From NCBI GenBank assembly GCA_030141605.1, contig JAQGDQ010001062.1, positions 1-25,428 of the forward strand: a stretch of DNA of 25,428 bases, given 5' to 3'. The position numbers were made by a program, and so were the translations under genes. Under the pieces are notes generated by a model. The model did not search any database. It worked only from the letters and a program-made list of their open reading frames with translations, and was not told the DNA's origin. This document shows positions 1 through 25,428 of the stretch, piece by piece. Position 1 is the stretch's first letter. Each line of letters starts with the position of its first letter. Origin of the DNA: Tubiluchus corallicola (taxonomy: Eukaryota > Animalia > Priapulida).

Positions 1-252
1 ATATGTATAAATCATTGTATGCTTGCTTGTTTAAAATTACAATTACAAATTACAACATTAAAATTTCATATGTTTGTTTCGTTTTACACAGTATTAAAAC
101 AATGGCTAAAAATTTTGTGATGTAGCCCCCCCCACTAATTCTAACTACAGGCCGCCACTGCTCAGATTTGTTAAGCAAATTATCATTAACTAATTTTATT
201 AATTTCGACTCATTGTATAATATTATTTCGATTTTTTGAATACATTTTTCAG

Positions 253-24263
<24,011 letters not shown>

Positions 24264-24740
24264 GAGAATAGCAAAGTTTTGTAGCTTGTCCACAAACTCT
24301 TTTTCAGATGTATTGATAGATTCGCTTAGCACTCGCAGAATCTGCTGCGTAGTGACTAATTACAACTTGCTCTTGTATTGAGTGTGACAGTTAGAGGTGG
24401 AGTCATCATTGCCAACTCGCTGTCCATATTTAAAAAAAAATTATAAATTAAACTTACTTGAAACATATAACTGATCACTCAATCATGATTTGTTGTTTTT
24501 CATTTTCAAAAACTTCCCCTCTAGTATAATAATATTTTTATTTCTTCCCACCCGTATTTATATTTGTATATATTGTGATATTGTATCTGTATATATTGTA
24601 ATTTTTCTCGTAACTAATTCTAGTGGCCTACCATAAGCTAGCTTCTTAGGTCTCTAGCGCAGAATTCATGAATTGTATCACATTTTTGTATTAGCAAAAA
24701 CTGATTATCGATGCACATGTAATGTATATGTTTATTGCGA

Positions 24741-24746
24741 AATAAA
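24741..24746 (+). promoter_or_regulatory. Candidate polyadenylation signal of the CLCA gene
   Basis: AATAAA about 480 nt downstream of the predicted stop codon, followed by T-rich sequence. Confidence 0.45.
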
Positions 24747-25153
24747 TCTTTTAAATATTTTTAATTAATCATTCATTAAGCTAATTAGGCCTTAAATTCT
24801 GATAGGCGCTCAGTGTTCTGAAACTGATGCCAATCGATGCTAAAGGCAAGTATATTAAATTCGGCAGTTCAACGTATTGAATGTAACGGATGTCCAGAAA
24901 AAATGTTCCCAAATTAACTTGTAATGCTTCATCCTGATAGAGACATTTGTAAAAAAACATTTTGTCTTGAGCCCGGCGTCTCCTCCTTTCAAAGAGCTGT
25001 AAATTTTCTTTCCTACGATGCCGCTAAAAAGTTTTTTCTAAACGATGTTCCTCGAATTAGCGAAATGTGACTGTTTTTGGAGATTTTTCAGCAACAAACC
25101 TTTTTCATGGTTCTTGGTTGTGTCTTGGAGAGAAACTTGCAACTCTTCAGAAG

Positions 25154-25428
25154 GTGGGATACACCATCATCAGTTCAGTATCATCAGTTCAGTGGGTTAC
25201 ACCATCATCAGTTCAGTATCATCAGTTCAGTGGGATACACCATCATCAGTTCAGTATCATCAGTTCAGTGGGATACACCATCATCAGTTCAGTATCATCA
25301 GTTCAGTATCATCAGTTCAGTGGGTTACACCATCATCAGTTCAGTATCATCAGTTCAGTGGGATACACCATCATCAGTTCAGTGGGATACACCATCATCA
25401 GTTCAGTATCATCAGTTCAGTATCATCA
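25154..25428. repeat. Composite minisatellite of 24-bp (GTGGGwTACACCATCATCAGTTCA) and 14-bp (GTATCATCAGTTCA) units, running off the window end
   Basis: Direct tandem repetition, mostly alternating to form a 38-bp unit. Confidence 0.95.

Noticed and set aside
100-160. Possible hAT MITE right end (…GGCCGCCACTG)
   Set aside because: No matching left TIR within the window, so it cannot be supported.
24880-25150. Moderately complex sequence that might be a further exon or a neighbouring gene
   Set aside because: The frames I translated had stops and no recognisable motif; no FnIII-like sequence was seen.

Overview
AT-rich, repeat-dense eukaryotic genomic DNA; an invertebrate, possibly a mollusc, is inferred from the repeat types and is not established. 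The window is occupied by one + strand, intron-rich gene of the CLCA family (calcium-activated chloride channel regulator, a zincin metalloprotease with a VWA domain). I assembled it by hand as 12 GT-AG exons (253-385 through 24184-24263) that join in frame into a 632-aa partial protein. The N-terminal exons lie upstream of the window. The protein keeps HEWAHLRWGVFDEY, the Cys-rich segment, an intact MIDAS (DVSNS/T/TDGE) and the GADITKNDGIYS motif. After the ...GGSF motif it appears to skip the usual FnIII region and ends in a short hydrophobic tail that could be a GPI signal or a single TM helix; this is the most notable observation. The introns contain several distinct minisatellites (15, 20, 24 and 55 bp units), microsatellites, non-autonomous DNA transposons (two hAT-type, piggyBac-type, Tigger/pogo-type, foldback-type), two degraded LINE 3' ends and a possible LTR. 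Most long ORFs in the supplied track are artefacts of tandem repeats. No prokaryotic-type system (CRISPR etc.) is supported.
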